Shown here one piece after another: positions 19,001 through 28,736 of a stretch of DNA of 64,000 bases (positions are counted from its first letter, which is position 1; each line of letters starts with the position of its first letter). The position numbers were made by a program, and so were the translations under genes. This stretch comes from Candidatus Multivorans sp. (GTDB taxonomy: Bacteria > Acidobacteriota > Thermoanaerobaculia > Multivoradales > Multivoraceae). Under the pieces are notes generated by a model. The model saw only the letters and a list, made by a program, of their open reading frames with translations, did not search any database and was not told the origin of the DNA. Location: contig OZ242353.1 in assembly GCA_965208755.1 (NCBI GenBank), positions 1,045,590 to 1,109,589 on the forward strand, in the 5' to 3' direction.

Positions 19001-21994
19001 CTTGACGTCCCGCCAGGTCAGGTCCTCGTTGGCGGAGCGCACCAGAGCGACGACGCCCGAGACCATCGGCGTGGCGGCCGACGTCCCGCCAATACTCCCG
19101 TAGCGGCCGTAGTGGGAGGTCGTGAGAATCGTGGCCCGCCCTCCGTTCGAGGGGCCGCAAACCCAGAGGTTGGCGCCTCGCTCGGAGAAGGGCGCTCGCA
19201 CGCCGCCGTCGGTCACGGCGCAGACCGCGACGACGCCGTAGTGATTGGCCATCCCGTCGAAGTTCGAATCGTCGCCCTCGAAGTACCCGTTGCCGCCAGC
19301 CCAGACGTAGACGATGCCCTTGCCGCCGAAGCCGCTCGCGACGCCGGTCTCGAGCGCCGTCTCCCATGCCGTCGGCGCCGGATCGAGACCCGGCCCGTCG
19401 GGAAGGCCCCAACTGTTGCTCGAGACCCCGACCGAACCCGACTCGCGGCCAAGCGCGTCGGCTACGTTCTCGTCGACGAAGGCCCGCAATGTGTTGTAAC
19501 TGTAGATTCCGGCCCGCGGCGCCACCCCCCTGCCGCCGAGCTCGTTGTCCCGCGCCGCGACGATCCCGGCGACCGCCGTGCCGTGGTCCGTAGACCCGAA
19601 CTGCCCGTGGCCGGTGTAGTCATGGCTCCTTGCTTCATCGAAGTTGTCCGCGAGGTCGGGATGGGCGCCGTCGACACCGTCGTCGACGACCGCCACATTG
19701 ATGCCGGCGCCCAGATTGCCCCCCGACCACACGCTCTCGACCCGGATGTCCTCGCCCGAAACGGCGCCGGCGAATTGACCCCGGTTGCGCAGGTGCCACT
19801 GGCAGCCGGACAGCGGATCGCTGAACCGCGGAGTTCGAACCGAGCAGTCGTTGACGAGCTCGTCCATCACGGTGTCGGGCGACATACGCACCGCGTAGCC
19901 TCCGGTGCTCTCGCCGCCGGAACGGGTCACCTTCAGGTAGTGCGTGCCGGCGCTCAGCCGGTCCGACACGGTGAAGCCCTTCGGCCCGCCGGAACGGAAA
20001 TCCTGTTCATGGACGTGCGCCGGAACGGCGGCGCCGTCGGAGTCGACGATCGCCCCGTCGATGTCCACCGAGTTGCTGACGCCGCGCAGGAAGATATGCC
20101 TCTGCTCGGCCAGGTCGAACGTGAAGTAGTCCGCGTCGGTCGTCGGCTCGATCCTGCCCGCGCCGATCTCCCCGAAGCTCAGCGGCCGGGCGCCGGCCGG
20201 ATCGCTTCCCGGCTCCGTCACCGTCTCGACATGGAACGAGTAGAGCCCCGTGTCATCGTCATTGAAGCCCCTGACCTTGACGTAGTACTTGCCGGCCGCC
20301 AGCTTCTCGCGGATCAGGAACTGGTGTTCCCCGCCCAGCAGAAAGCCGTCGTCGTTCGTTTCGAGCGACGCCAAGCTGCCGTTCAGGAGTTCCCCCACCG
20401 TGTCGGTCACCGGAGGGCCTGAACGAAGGACGACGTCCGTCTCGCTGCCCAGCGAGAAGGTGAAGTAGTCCTCGTCGCCCGCCGGGTCGATCAGGCCGTT
20501 CGCAATGCCGTCGATCTCGACCTCCCACGCGTCGCCGGCGCCCGTCGTGTCGGCGATCAGCAGGGCCGCGACGTTGTACGGACCGCCAATGGGAGACAAC
20601 GGATAGAGCCGGACCCTGACGTAGTACGTCCCCGGGTCGAGGGTCGCCCAGACGACGAAGTTCAACGCACCGACCGCGAGGTCGCCGTCGTCGTTCGAGG
20701 CGATCTCGTTGCCGTTGCTGTCGTAGAGGACCCCGTAAGTGTCAAGGTCGCCCCGCGTCAAGGCCAGGACGCCGGCCCTCTCCGTCAGCGTGAGCCTGAA
20801 GAAGTCGACGTCGAGGTAGTCTCCCAACTCGGCCGGCAGCCAGACGTTGAACGGCAGGGCGGCGGCCGCGTCGCGCGTGGCGCCCGGTTCCACCGGCGTC
20901 GCCGCCACGGTGCGCGACCAGGCGCCGTCTTCGTCCGTCACCGCCCGCACCTGAAAGTCGTAGCCGGTTCCGTTGACCAGGCTTGTGACCGGGACGACGA
21001 GGTCGCCCTCGCTCCAGACGTCCTCGAACACTCTCCAGTTGCCGTCGACCGTTTCGTCGGCGCTGGTCGGAATGATGCGCAGGTCGTAGCTGACGATGCC
21101 GGTGACGCCGGGGGGCGCGGTCCAGGTCACCGCCACTCCCCCGTCGCCCGCGTGGACGGCGTCGAGCGTCGGCGCCGCCGGCCCGGTAGACTGGAGGGTG
21201 AAGGTCAGGGTCGCGATCCTCTCGTTCGAGAACAGCCCCGTGTTGCGAATGCTGGTGATGTTCTCGCGCGGATCGGTCGCCGGGTTGCTCAGCGAAAACC
21301 CGGCCCCATCCTCCGTGCCGGCGTCCCAGGGGTAGAGGTTCACCGTCAGGGACTCCAGCCAGGCCCCCGTGCCGTCGAGCAGCGACTGGCCCGACACGCC
21401 GACGAACCAGTCCGGGCTGGGGGCGATCATCGTCACCAGGGTGACCCGAGGATGATCGGTCGTCAGCGTCACGTCGGTGAAGGTCCTCGTCGCCGTCGGA
21501 CCGATGCTGTCGGTCGTCCCCTGAATGACGCTCAGCCGGTTGGCGCCGGCCGCCTCGACCTCCCCCCTGAGCGTCGTGTAGCCGCCCACCTCGGCCATCG
21601 ACTCCACGCCCGCGGAGGCCATGTCGCCGCTCTTCAGGAAGACGACCCGGTCGTTGTGCACCCCGCCTATCAGGCGCGAGAAGTGCGCCCCGGCAGGCAC
21701 TCCGCCCGGCGTTGCCGTCGTGTCCCAGGCGCCGGTGAAGGCGATGTCGTAGGTGGCCTCCGAACGGTTGGCCACATCCGGGTCGTCCGGAGAAGGAGTC
21801 AGTTCCGCGTTCTGCCCTGAAGCTGGAGCTGACGCAGCGAAGGTCGCGACGAGGATCGCCAGGAAACTCGTCGCCAGGAGCCGGCAGCGAGAAGGACATC
21901 CGCCGGAATCCCGCCCGAAGCTGGACCTCCACCCGTCCACGTCCGGCCGTCCGGCAACGACTACGCGGGAGTGGGCACAACGCCGCATCGTCAT
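16022..21994 (-). CDS. Kexin-like S8 serine protease with spondin domain, Fn3, PPC-like repeats, P-domain, Calx-beta and the shared C-terminal module
   Basis: ATGA overlap with the upstream stop. Spondin motifs HFSRLIG, MIAPSPDWFVG and PWDAGTE; triad VVDDG / DHGTAVAG / GGTSAATP; oxyanion GGNG; P-domain GENPAGDWTLRV. Confidence 0.93.
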   Translation of the reverse strand: MTMRRCAHSRVVVAGRPDVDGWRSSFGRDSGGCPSRCRLLATSFLAILVATFAASAPASGQNAELTPSPDDPDVANRSEATYDIAFTGAWDTTATPGGVPAGAHFSRLIGGVHNDRVVFLKSGDMASAGVESMAEVGGYTTLRGEVEAAGANRLSVIQGTTDSIGPTATRTFTDVTLTTDHPRVTLVTMIAPSPDWFVGVSGQSLLDGTGAWLESLTVNLYPWDAGTEDGAGFSLSNPATDPRENITSIRNTGLFSNERIATLTFTLQSTGPAAPTLDAVHAGDGGVAVTWTAPPGVTGIVSYDLRIIPTSADETVDGNWRVFEDVWSEGDLVVPVTSLVNGTGYDFQVRAVTDEDGAWSRTVAATPVEPGATRDAAAALPFNVWLPAELGDYLDVDFFRLTLTERAGVLALTRGDLDTYGVLYDSNGNEIASNDDGDLAVGALNFVVWATLDPGTYYVRVRLYPLSPIGGPYNVAALLIADTTGAGDAWEVEIDGIANGLIDPAGDEDYFTFSLGSETDVVLRSGPPVTDTVGELLNGSLASLETNDDGFLLGGEHQFLIREKLAAGKYYVKVRGFNDDDTGLYSFHVETVTEPGSDPAGARPLSFGEIGAGRIEPTTDADYFTFDLAEQRHIFLRGVSNSVDIDGAIVDSDGAAVPAHVHEQDFRSGGPKGFTVSDRLSAGTHYLKVTRSGGESTGGYAVRMSPDTVMDELVNDCSVRTPRFSDPLSGCQWHLRNRGQFAGAVSGEDIRVESVWSGGNLGAGINVAVVDDGVDGAHPDLADNFDEARSHDYTGHGQFGSTDHGTAVAGIVAARDNELGGRGVAPRAGIYSYNTLRAFVDENVADALGRESGSVGVSSNSWGLPDGPGLDPAPTAWETALETGVASGFGGKGIVYVWAGGNGYFEGDDSNFDGMANHYGVVAVCAVTDGGVRAPFSERGANLWVCGPSNGGRATILTTSHYGRYGSIGGTSAATPMVSGVVALVRSANEDLTWRDVKLILAGAARKNDSGNGGWRTGAARYGATGNYNFNREYGFGVVDASAAVNLADGWENVPAFIETDAVEARPNLHIPDAVNGAPGAVQTSTVSVGTEVEFVEFVEVVVDFDADAFRDLKVELVSPANTVSLLAPSGNHRDENGNAYGIGRNFRFGSAAHLGENPAGDWTLRVADEVAGNVARLDSWSVRIYGHRSRPQPPAIPFGNGGQRSLAVFWSAPGSPGASAITSYDVRWILSDAVDKADDRWTVFEGVSAAGALTYTVSGLLDQRKYDVQVRGVNAKGRGGWSRSATVETLQNRAPRPAGSLTAPDLRVGDGGEVLDVAAAFEDPEEDRLTYAASSSAPAVATASVSGSLVTLRPVGPGVATITVTATDIAGSNVPATQTFDVRVKGRRGVTISRDALTVEERSTGTYTVVLDSAPSGAVTVTPSAPANRNLSVDPASLEFTTGDWDVPKVVTVAAAADANANSEPPVTISHQVSGADYGSISAASVRVTIVETDTSVLSVEAVAAREAGGPATFEVTLSKESVSEITVDYATSDGSARAGSDYEAANGTLRFPAGSTASRRIAVNVIDDDEDEEEEETFRLTLRNARHASLAGGGSTLEVPGTIRDDDDPEVEVSFGSPTYGVTEGGTTDVAVRLDKDPERALEIFLESAHHGGATVADYSGVPRSVTFGPGVRRQEFLVAATDDIIDDDGEAVVLSFVSLPPRVTGDGRATIAIADNDGGGSAGGPPSGGGGGVGGGGGPPSGGGPPPGEAEDDGDDGDGGDGGDGGGVPGGGGTGGGGGPPRAAIATDAECEGTFCRVRAGARLSFRDASGGAVRSRLWDFGDGRRPRGASVSHAWSTPGFYDVTLTVSDGAVASIASLTFLVEAASPAGTCVADDRTRCLRDSRYAVTVDWWNAAAAGVGTVVHAGTDDSGMFQFFGASNWEVLVKVLDGCALNGHAWVFGASTTDLGYVIRVRDTATGAVKEYRNEPGVQAPAITDVRAFTACVR

Positions 21995-24900
21995 CGTCCG
22001 CCGCACTCCCGGGTGAACGCGGTCGCGTCGGTGATCGCCGGCGCCCGCACCCCCGGCTCGTTGCGGTACTCCCGCACCGCGCCCGTCACCGTGTCCCTTA
22101 CCCGGATCAGATAGCCCAGGTCCGTCGTCGACGCCCCGAAAACCCACGCGTGGCCGTTCCGGGCGCAGCCGTCCAGCACCTTGATCAGCACCTCCCAGTT
22201 GGCCGCGTCGAAGAAGCGGAACAGACCCGAGTCGTTCGTGCCCGCGTGAACCACCACCCCATGATCGTGATCCGCGTAGCCGCCGCCTTCCCGCCACCAG
22301 TCCACCGTCACCGCGTAGCGGGAATCCCGGAGGCACAGCGTCTCCGCGTTCGCCACGCAACCGCCCGCGGGATCGGACGCCTCGACCAGGAACGTCAGCG
22401 ACGCCGTCGACTCCACCGACCCGTCGCTCGTCCAGAGCGTGACCTCGTAGAAACCCGGCTCGGACCAGGAGTGGCTCACGCTCGCGCCGCGCGGCCGACC
22501 GCCGTCGCCGAAGTCCCAGCGCCGCGTACGAACCGTGCCGCCGCTCGCGTCCCGGAACGACACCCGCGCGCCCGTCCGGGCGCGGCAGAACGCGCCCGCG
22601 CAGTCGGCGTCCGTGCCGATCGAGGCCCGGGGCGGACCGCCGCCGCCACCGCCGTTGCCGCCGCCACCGTCGGAATCCCCTGGCGGCGGACCGCCGTCGC
22701 CGCCGCCGCCGCCGGAATCCCCTGGCGGCGGACCGCCGCCGCCGCCGCCGGGATCCCCTGGTGGCGGACCGCCGCCGCCGCCGGGGGCGGCGGGGCCGTC
22801 GTCGTCGATGATCGCGACGGTGGTCGAGGCGTCGCCGGTCACGCCGGACGGCAGACCGCCGAAACTCAGCACCACCGCCTCGCCGTCGTCGTCCTCGGCG
22901 TCGTCCTCCGCCGTGAACAGAAGCTCCCGCCTCGTCACGCCGGCGGCGAACGGCACGCTCGCCGGCACCAGCGAGTAGTCGGCCGGCGAAGCGCCGCCGT
23001 GGGGGGTCGCCAGCACGTCGAACGACAGGTCCCGCCCCGGGTCCCGGTCGAGCCGCACGACGATCCGGACGCTGGCCCCCTCGAAGACCTCGTAGCTGTC
23101 CGCACCGAACGTCGCGACGACCGAGTCGTCTTCCTCGTCGTCCTCGATCGTCACCCGAAGGGACGACGGATCGTAGTCGCCGCCGACGACCCGGTGGGTG
23201 ATCGTCAGCGTCTCTCCCCGGTCGTCCGGGTCGTGCAGGGCCTCGACGAAGACCTCCCGCGGCACGTCCCAGTTCGCGAGCGTGAAGATCAGCGCCGCCG
23301 GACTCAGGGACACGGAGGGCGGCGCCGAGGGCGTCACCGTCACCGGCCCTCCGGCGGGCGCGGCCGACAGCGCCACCGTGTAGCTGGACGTCGTCCCCTC
23401 CTCCACGCTGAGCAGAGCCGGCGACAGGTCCAGACCTCGCGCCGGCCCCACCACGACGTCGAAACGCTGCACCTCCGGCGACTCGGCGCAGGCCGCGTTC
23501 GAAGCCGCCACGCTGATCGTGGCCCTCCCGGGCGACCGGGCCGAGATGAAGATGCCCTGAGGCGAACTTCCCGCCCACGCCGCCACGCCGTCGTTCGACG
23601 ACGACGCGCTCCAGGTGAGCGGAGCGTCCTCGGGATCCAGGAAAGCCCCCACAAGATCGACGGCCCTGTCGGGCTCGCCGACCCGCATCCGCAGCGTCGG
23701 CAGCGCGCCGAGCGGCGCCGGACAGACCCCCAGCAACCTGTAGACGAAGCTCTGCCGCGCCTCCGCGTTCGAACCGCCGACGTCCCGCGCCGTCACCGAA
23801 ATCGTCGTCACGCCGGCCGCCCCCGGCGCCAAGGTCAGAGTCGAGCCCGAAACCGCCGCCGTCGCGACCGCTTCGTCGGACGACGCGGCCTCGTAGCCGA
23901 GAGCGTCTCCATCGGCGTCCGAGAACGCCCCCGCCAGACCGATCGCCCTGTCGCCGTCGCGCTGCCGGGCGAGCACGTCGGGCAACGTACCGACCGGCGC
24001 CGGAGGAGAGTTCCGAACCGTCACGCCGAGCACGCCGGTCGTCGCCGTGCCCGAACCGCCCCGGTCCGTCGCCCTCACCGTGATCGCGGTCGAGCCGGCG
24101 GCTACCGGAGTCACCGTCAGCGTCGAGCCCGAAAGCGACATCCGCGCCACCGCCGGGTCCGGCGACGACGCTTCGTACGTGACCCGGTCGCCGTCCGCGT
24201 CCACGAACCAGGCCGACAGGTTCCACGACCTGGCGCCGTCGACCTTACGCAGTTCCAGCACCGGCGCCGGGTCCGGAACGGAGGGAGGACTGTTGACGAC
24301 CCTCGCGCGAAGATTCGGCCGAGACATCGTGTTGGAACCGCCCCGGTCCGTCGCCGTCAGCCTGATCACGGTCGAACCGACGGCCACCGGAGTCACCGTC
24401 AGCATCGAATCCGAAACCGACGCCCGCACCACGGCCGGATCGACCGGCGCGGCGCCCCACGTGATGACGTCTCCGTCCAGGTCGCGAATCCACTCCGACA
24501 GGTCCCAGGTCCCGGCGCCGTCGGCCTTCGACAACTCGAGTTGCGGAATCGTCCTCATGATCGACGGCGGGACGTTCCTGAACGTCACCTCGAAGCTCTG
24601 CGACGCCGTCAGGCCGGCGCCGCCTTCGTCCCTCGCCGTCGCCGTGATCGTCGCCGTGCCGAAACCCGACGGCGTCGCGGTCAACTCGGCGCCCGAGACC
24701 GAGGCGACCGCAACGGCCTCGTTCGACGACGACGCCCCGTACGAAAGTCCATCGCCGTCAGGGTCAGCGAACCACGGCGCCAGGTCCCACGACCTGGCGC
24801 CCGAATGGCGCCAGAACCAATTCGGCGAAGGATCGCCCACCGCCGACGGAGGACCGTTCGTCACCGTCACGTCGAAGGTCTGCGTCGCCGCCGTGTTCGA

Positions 24901-27081
24901 ACCGTCGACGTCCGTCGCCGTCGCCGTGATCGTCGTCGTGCCGACCGAGACCGGACGCACCACCGCCTCGCTGCCCACCGGCCGCGCCGTCGCCACCCCT
25001 TCCTCGGAGGACGAAACCCCGTAGGTCAGAACGTCGCCGTCCGGATCCCGAAAGGCCCCCGACAGCTCGACCCCGGCGTCGCCCTCGCCGGCCACGCGGT
25101 TGGCGATCGACAGAGCCGGCAGCGCACCCTCCGCCGACGGAGGACGGCTCGCAACGACCGCGTCGAAACTCCGCCGCGCCGTCGTGCCCGAACCGTCCAC
25201 GTCCGTGGCCGTCACCGTGATCTTCGCCGTGCCGCCCGACAACGGAGTCACCGTCACCGTCGAGCCCGAAAGCGACACGGTCGCCAGCGACGCGTGGGCC
25301 GACGACGCGCCGTAGGTCAGCGCGTCGCCGTCCGCGTCCGTGAACGCGGACGCGATGTCCACCGTGCCGGCGCCGTCGTCGATATCCAACGGCAGCGAGG
25401 CGAGGGCGCCCACAGGCTCCGGAGACCGGTTCGCGCCCACGGTCACCCCGAACGAATGGCTCGCCGGCGTACCCCAACCGGTGACGGCGGTCGCCTTCAC
25501 CGTCACCGTCGCCGCGCCAGCCGCCGCCGGCGCCAGCGTCACCGTCGAGCCCGAGACCGACGCCGACACGATCGCATCGTCCGACGACGACACGCCGTAA
25601 CTCAACTCGTCGCCCTCCGGATCCACGAAGCCGCGCGCTACGTCGACCGTCAGCGAAACCGGCGGCTCGCCCTCGACGAACCGCAGCGCCTTCGCGTCGA
25701 GCGCGCCCACCGCCCGGGGCGGAAGATTCGAACCCTCGAGACCATCGATGGCCGTTGCGCCCGTGCCCAGCGGATCCAGCAACTCCCTGAGCTTCGCGCT
25801 CTGCGTCCAGAGCGTCGCAAACCGCGCCGAGTAACTGCCGCGACGTGTGTGGCAGGTCGACAAGTGCTTGAGGTAGCCGATCCCGACGATTCGCTTGTCC
25901 GGCCCGAAGAGCGGCGCTCCGGAAGAGCCCTCCTCCGCCGACCCGTGGTCCCACGCGGTCTTCAGTGACCCCGGGTAGTCGAGTACTCGCTCGGTGAGCG
26001 ATGGCGGTTCGTCGTCAGCGGCGAACGACTTCACGTGGCCGCCGGGATGGCTGATCATGAACGTTGAAGCGGGGAGCGCCATGTCGCGGTTCCAGCCCGC
26101 GAAGTAGGCGTTGAAGCCGCTGTCCACCGGGTCGTCCAGCTCAAGCAGGCTGAAGTCGTGGCTGCCTCCCCAGGCGGTGTGCAGCAGTTTCGCCCCGCTC
26201 TGGCTCTGCTCCTCCGAACCGCCGCTCCGGTTCCCGCAGACGGGACTCTGGTACTTCCAGTAAGCGACCACACTGGCCGCCTCGCTGTCCTCGGACACGC
26301 AATGCCTGGCGGTGACGAAGAGGGGCCTTCCGTCCCGGGCGGTGTTGTTGATCAGGGCGCCGCTGCAATAAGCGGCGCCGCCGATCGTGATCTTGGCCAC
26401 GCTTCGAACCTGGTCGCGGTAGGGGTCCGCGATCGAACAGGCGACGTCGATATGGCACGAAGCGTGGCCGGGCTGCGCGACGCGGGACGGGGCGAGGTCC
26501 CTGAACCCCCGGTTGACCGAGCCGAGCACGAGCGCCAGCTCGCCCGAACGCTCCGCCGGGACGGCCGCCTCGATCACGGCCTCGCCGCCGGAGAGCACCG
26601 GCGTCCAGAGCTCGCCGTGCGCCTCGTTGTCGGCCTCCGTGAACGGCCCGAGAACCTCGTCTCCCGCCGGAGCGTAGACCCGCAGACTGCCGCCCGCCGG
26701 CATGCGGTAACGGCTGAACCCCAGGTTGAGCGAGACCGCGCCCTCCGAAACCACCCGCAGCCGCCACACAGCCGTCCGGCCGCCGTCCACGATCTCCCAG
26801 CGACCGCGGCTGCCCGGAGCGACGTCCACCACGTAAGGCTCCGCGAACCGCAGCGGTTCGCCGGCGCCGATCCCGGCGCGGCTGGCCATGGTCAGCGCCG
26901 GAGCGTCGACCGGCGGCGTCTCGAGCAGATCGACTTCCTCCAGCGGCGCCAGACCGTCCGGATTCACGGCCGGCGCCGGGACGACGGGCTGGGCAAGCGA
27001 AGCCGGCGGCAGCAAGGCCAGCAGCGCCCCCGTCAGAAGCGCGGACGAGAACCGGCGTGCGAGGGCGGCAGGGGCAGCCAC
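21991..27081 (-). CDS. Lysyl-endopeptidase-like S1 serine protease with tandem Ig-like repeats and the shared C-terminal module
   Basis: Prodomain WRLRVVSEGAVSLNLGF; CSGALINNT, TARHC, DFSLLEL, GSSGAPL; repeated F.D.DGD.L.Y..SSS domains. Start inferred at GTG 37 bp after the operator. Confidence 0.9.
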   Translation of the reverse strand: MAAPAALARRFSSALLTGALLALLPPASLAQPVVPAPAVNPDGLAPLEEVDLLETPPVDAPALTMASRAGIGAGEPLRFAEPYVVDVAPGSRGRWEIVDGGRTAVWRLRVVSEGAVSLNLGFSRYRMPAGGSLRVYAPAGDEVLGPFTEADNEAHGELWTPVLSGGEAVIEAAVPAERSGELALVLGSVNRGFRDLAPSRVAQPGHASCHIDVACSIADPYRDQVRSVAKITIGGAAYCSGALINNTARDGRPLFVTARHCVSEDSEAASVVAYWKYQSPVCGNRSGGSEEQSQSGAKLLHTAWGGSHDFSLLELDDPVDSGFNAYFAGWNRDMALPASTFMISHPGGHVKSFAADDEPPSLTERVLDYPGSLKTAWDHGSAEEGSSGAPLFGPDKRIVGIGYLKHLSTCHTRRGSYSARFATLWTQSAKLRELLDPLGTGATAIDGLEGSNLPPRAVGALDAKALRFVEGEPPVSLTVDVARGFVDPEGDELSYGVSSSDDAIVSASVSGSTVTLAPAAAGAATVTVKATAVTGWGTPASHSFGVTVGANRSPEPVGALASLPLDIDDGAGTVDIASAFTDADGDALTYGASSAHASLATVSLSGSTVTVTPLSGGTAKITVTATDVDGSGTTARRSFDAVVASRPPSAEGALPALSIANRVAGEGDAGVELSGAFRDPDGDVLTYGVSSSEEGVATARPVGSEAVVRPVSVGTTTITATATDVDGSNTAATQTFDVTVTNGPPSAVGDPSPNWFWRHSGARSWDLAPWFADPDGDGLSYGASSSNEAVAVASVSGAELTATPSGFGTATITATARDEGGAGLTASQSFEVTFRNVPPSIMRTIPQLELSKADGAGTWDLSEWIRDLDGDVITWGAAPVDPAVVRASVSDSMLTVTPVAVGSTVIRLTATDRGGSNTMSRPNLRARVVNSPPSVPDPAPVLELRKVDGARSWNLSAWFVDADGDRVTYEASSPDPAVARMSLSGSTLTVTPVAAGSTAITVRATDRGGSGTATTGVLGVTVRNSPPAPVGTLPDVLARQRDGDRAIGLAGAFSDADGDALGYEAASSDEAVATAAVSGSTLTLAPGAAGVTTISVTARDVGGSNAEARQSFVYRLLGVCPAPLGALPTLRMRVGEPDRAVDLVGAFLDPEDAPLTWSASSSNDGVAAWAGSSPQGIFISARSPGRATISVAASNAACAESPEVQRFDVVVGPARGLDLSPALLSVEEGTTSSYTVALSAAPAGGPVTVTPSAPPSVSLSPAALIFTLANWDVPREVFVEALHDPDDRGETLTITHRVVGGDYDPSSLRVTIEDDEEDDSVVATFGADSYEVFEGASVRIVVRLDRDPGRDLSFDVLATPHGGASPADYSLVPASVPFAAGVTRRELLFTAEDDAEDDDGEAVVLSFGGLPSGVTGDASTTVAIIDDDGPAAPGGGGGPPPGDPGGGGGGPPPGDSGGGGGDGGPPPGDSDGGGGNGGGGGGPPRASIGTDADCAGAFCRARTGARVSFRDASGGTVRTRRWDFGDGGRPRGASVSHSWSEPGFYEVTLWTSDGSVESTASLTFLVEASDPAGGCVANAETLCLRDSRYAVTVDWWREGGGYADHDHGVVVHAGTNDSGLFRFFDAANWEVLIKVLDGCARNGHAWVFGASTTDLGYLIRVRDTVTGAVREYRNEPGVRAPAITDATAFTRECGGR

Positions 27082-27800
27082 ATCGTTCACGCTAGCCGAG
27101 CAACCGGGGCCGACGCCCCTGCAAACTTGAGGGGCCGGGCGGCTCAGCGGGCGCAGCTTGCCGGGAACGCGGTCGCGTCGGTGATCGCCGGCGCCCGCAC
27201 CCCCGGCTCGTTGCGGTACTCCCGCACCGCGCCCGTCACCGTGTCCCTTACCCGGATCAGATAGCCCAGGTCCGTCGTCGACGCCCCGAAAACCCACGCG
27301 TGGCCGTTCCGGGCGCAGCCGTCCAGCACCTTGATCAGCACCTCCCAGTTGTCCTCCCCGAAGAAACGGAACAGACCCGAGTCGTTCGTGCCCGCGTGAA
27401 CCACCACCCCATGATCGTGATCCGCGTAGCCGCCGCCTTCCCGCCACCAGTCCACCGTCACCGCGTAGCGGGAATCCTGAAGGCACAGCGTCTCCGCGTT
27501 CGCCACGCAACCGCCCGCGGGATCGGACGCCTCGACCAGGAACGTCAACGACGCCGTCGACTCCACCGGCCCGTCGCTCGTCCAGAGCGTGACCTCGTAG
27601 AAACCCGGCTCGGACCAGGAGTGGCTCACGCTCGCGCCGCGCGGCCGACCGCCGTCGCCGAAGTCCCAGCGCCGCGTACGAACCGTGCCGACGCTCGCGT
27701 CCCGGAACGACACCCGCGCGCCGGTGCGGGCGCGGCACAACGCGCCCGCGCAATCGGCGTCCGTACCGATCGAGGCCCGGGGCGGACCGCCGCCGCCACC
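22013..27800. repeat. ~5.8-kb near-identical direct repeat; second copy at ~29530-35300
   Basis: Identical ORFs recur at offsets 7517 and 7499; differences cluster in the protease catalytic domain. Confidence 0.9.
27118..27133 (-). promoter_or_regulatory. Operator candidate CCCTCAAGTTTGCAGG, with -10-like TAGCGT at 27094-27089
   Basis: Consensus match; an in-frame GTG lies just after the -10 hexamer. Confidence 0.7.
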
Positions 27801-28736
27801 GCCGCCGCCACCGCGCTCGTCGTCGTCTTCCTCGTCGTCGTCCTCGTCGTCCTCCTCGTCGTCGTCCTCGTCGTCCTCCTCGTCGTCTTCCTCGTCGTCG
27901 TCGTCCTCATCGGGAGGAGGCGTACCGCCGCTGCCGCCGCCGGGACTTCCGCCGCCGTCATCGTCGTCCTCGTCGCCGTCGGGGGCGGGCGGACTACCGC
28001 CGTCGAGAGGCTTGCTGACGTAGATGGTCTCCGTAAGCCAGAAGTCGATCCTGTGCGGAGGACGATGGAAGTAGACATAGTCGTCGCCCGAAATCGGCGG
28101 CTGACCGGTGATCGTGACGGTCTGGTAGGTGTTCCAGTTGGACGAGTCGATCGTCAGTCGCGGCGGATCGACCGTGAGCCGCCGATTGGTCGGAGTGAGC
28201 GAGACCTCCACCGCTTCGGTGGGCGCCGATGTGATCCTGACCCCGTAGTCCATCGACTCGCCCATCGCGACGCAGTTCTTTCCGAGCATCGCCGTCAGGT
28301 GACTGCACGAGCTGGTCGGTACCGACAGGTCGAACTCGATGTCCGCCCTCGGGTCCGTCTCCATGTCCCGGACGGTGACCGTTTCCGACCAGGTCCAGTC
28401 GGACCAGGAAGCGCTGTAGCTGACCGTGACATCCGTGGTGCTCTCAATTGACAGACCCATGAGGCGGACGGTCTGGAACTCATCCCAGGTCGAGCCGTCG
28501 AAGGTCAAGGCGGGATCCCGCACCCACAGGGCGGAAGCAGGGTCCGCCACGATGTCGACCGTCACGCTCCCGCCCGGAGGGCCCGACAGCTTCAGGCCCC
28601 TCTCTACGGGAGTGAGGGGCCCCTCATTGAACTCGCTGAACTGTTTGTCGGGGCTGGTGTCGAAGACCACATCCTGTGCAGTCAACGCCGGCGCCGCCAG
28701 AAGACCGGAGACCAGCACCCAGCACCGCGCGGTCAT
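27144..28736 (-). CDS. Secreted protein with two Ig/Calx-like repeats, an acidic linker and the shared C-terminal module
   Basis: ATGA overlap with the 28733 stop; signal peptide MTARCWVLVSGLLAAPALTA-Q; LTFDGSTWDEFQTV and LTIDSSNWNTYQTV repeats; poly-D/E tract. Confidence 0.9.
   Translation of the reverse strand: MTARCWVLVSGLLAAPALTAQDVVFDTSPDKQFSEFNEGPLTPVERGLKLSGPPGGSVTVDIVADPASALWVRDPALTFDGSTWDEFQTVRLMGLSIESTTDVTVSYSASWSDWTWSETVTVRDMETDPRADIEFDLSVPTSSCSHLTAMLGKNCVAMGESMDYGVRITSAPTEAVEVSLTPTNRRLTVDPPRLTIDSSNWNTYQTVTITGQPPISGDDYVYFHRPPHRIDFWLTETIYVSKPLDGGSPPAPDGDEDDDDGGGSPGGGSGGTPPPDEDDDDEEDDEEDDEDDDEEDDEDDDEEDDDERGGGGGGGGGPPRASIGTDADCAGALCRARTGARVSFRDASVGTVRTRRWDFGDGGRPRGASVSHSWSEPGFYEVTLWTSDGPVESTASLTFLVEASDPAGGCVANAETLCLQDSRYAVTVDWWREGGGYADHDHGVVVHAGTNDSGLFRFFGEDNWEVLIKVLDGCARNGHAWVFGASTTDLGYLIRVRDTVTGAVREYRNEPGVRAPAITDATAFPASCAR
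27815..27912 (-). repeat. GAC/GAG triplet tract encoding a poly-Asp/Glu linker
   Basis: DEDDDDEEDDEEDDEDDDEEDDEDDDEEDDDE. Confidence 0.85.

Noticed and set aside
21995..24226. N-terminal extensions of track ORFs (also 34643-42499, 55337 and 56359), which could suggest frameshifted polyproteins
   Set aside because: They are off-frame readings of the upstream gene; each real gene has its own start and signal peptide, and no slippery site is evident.
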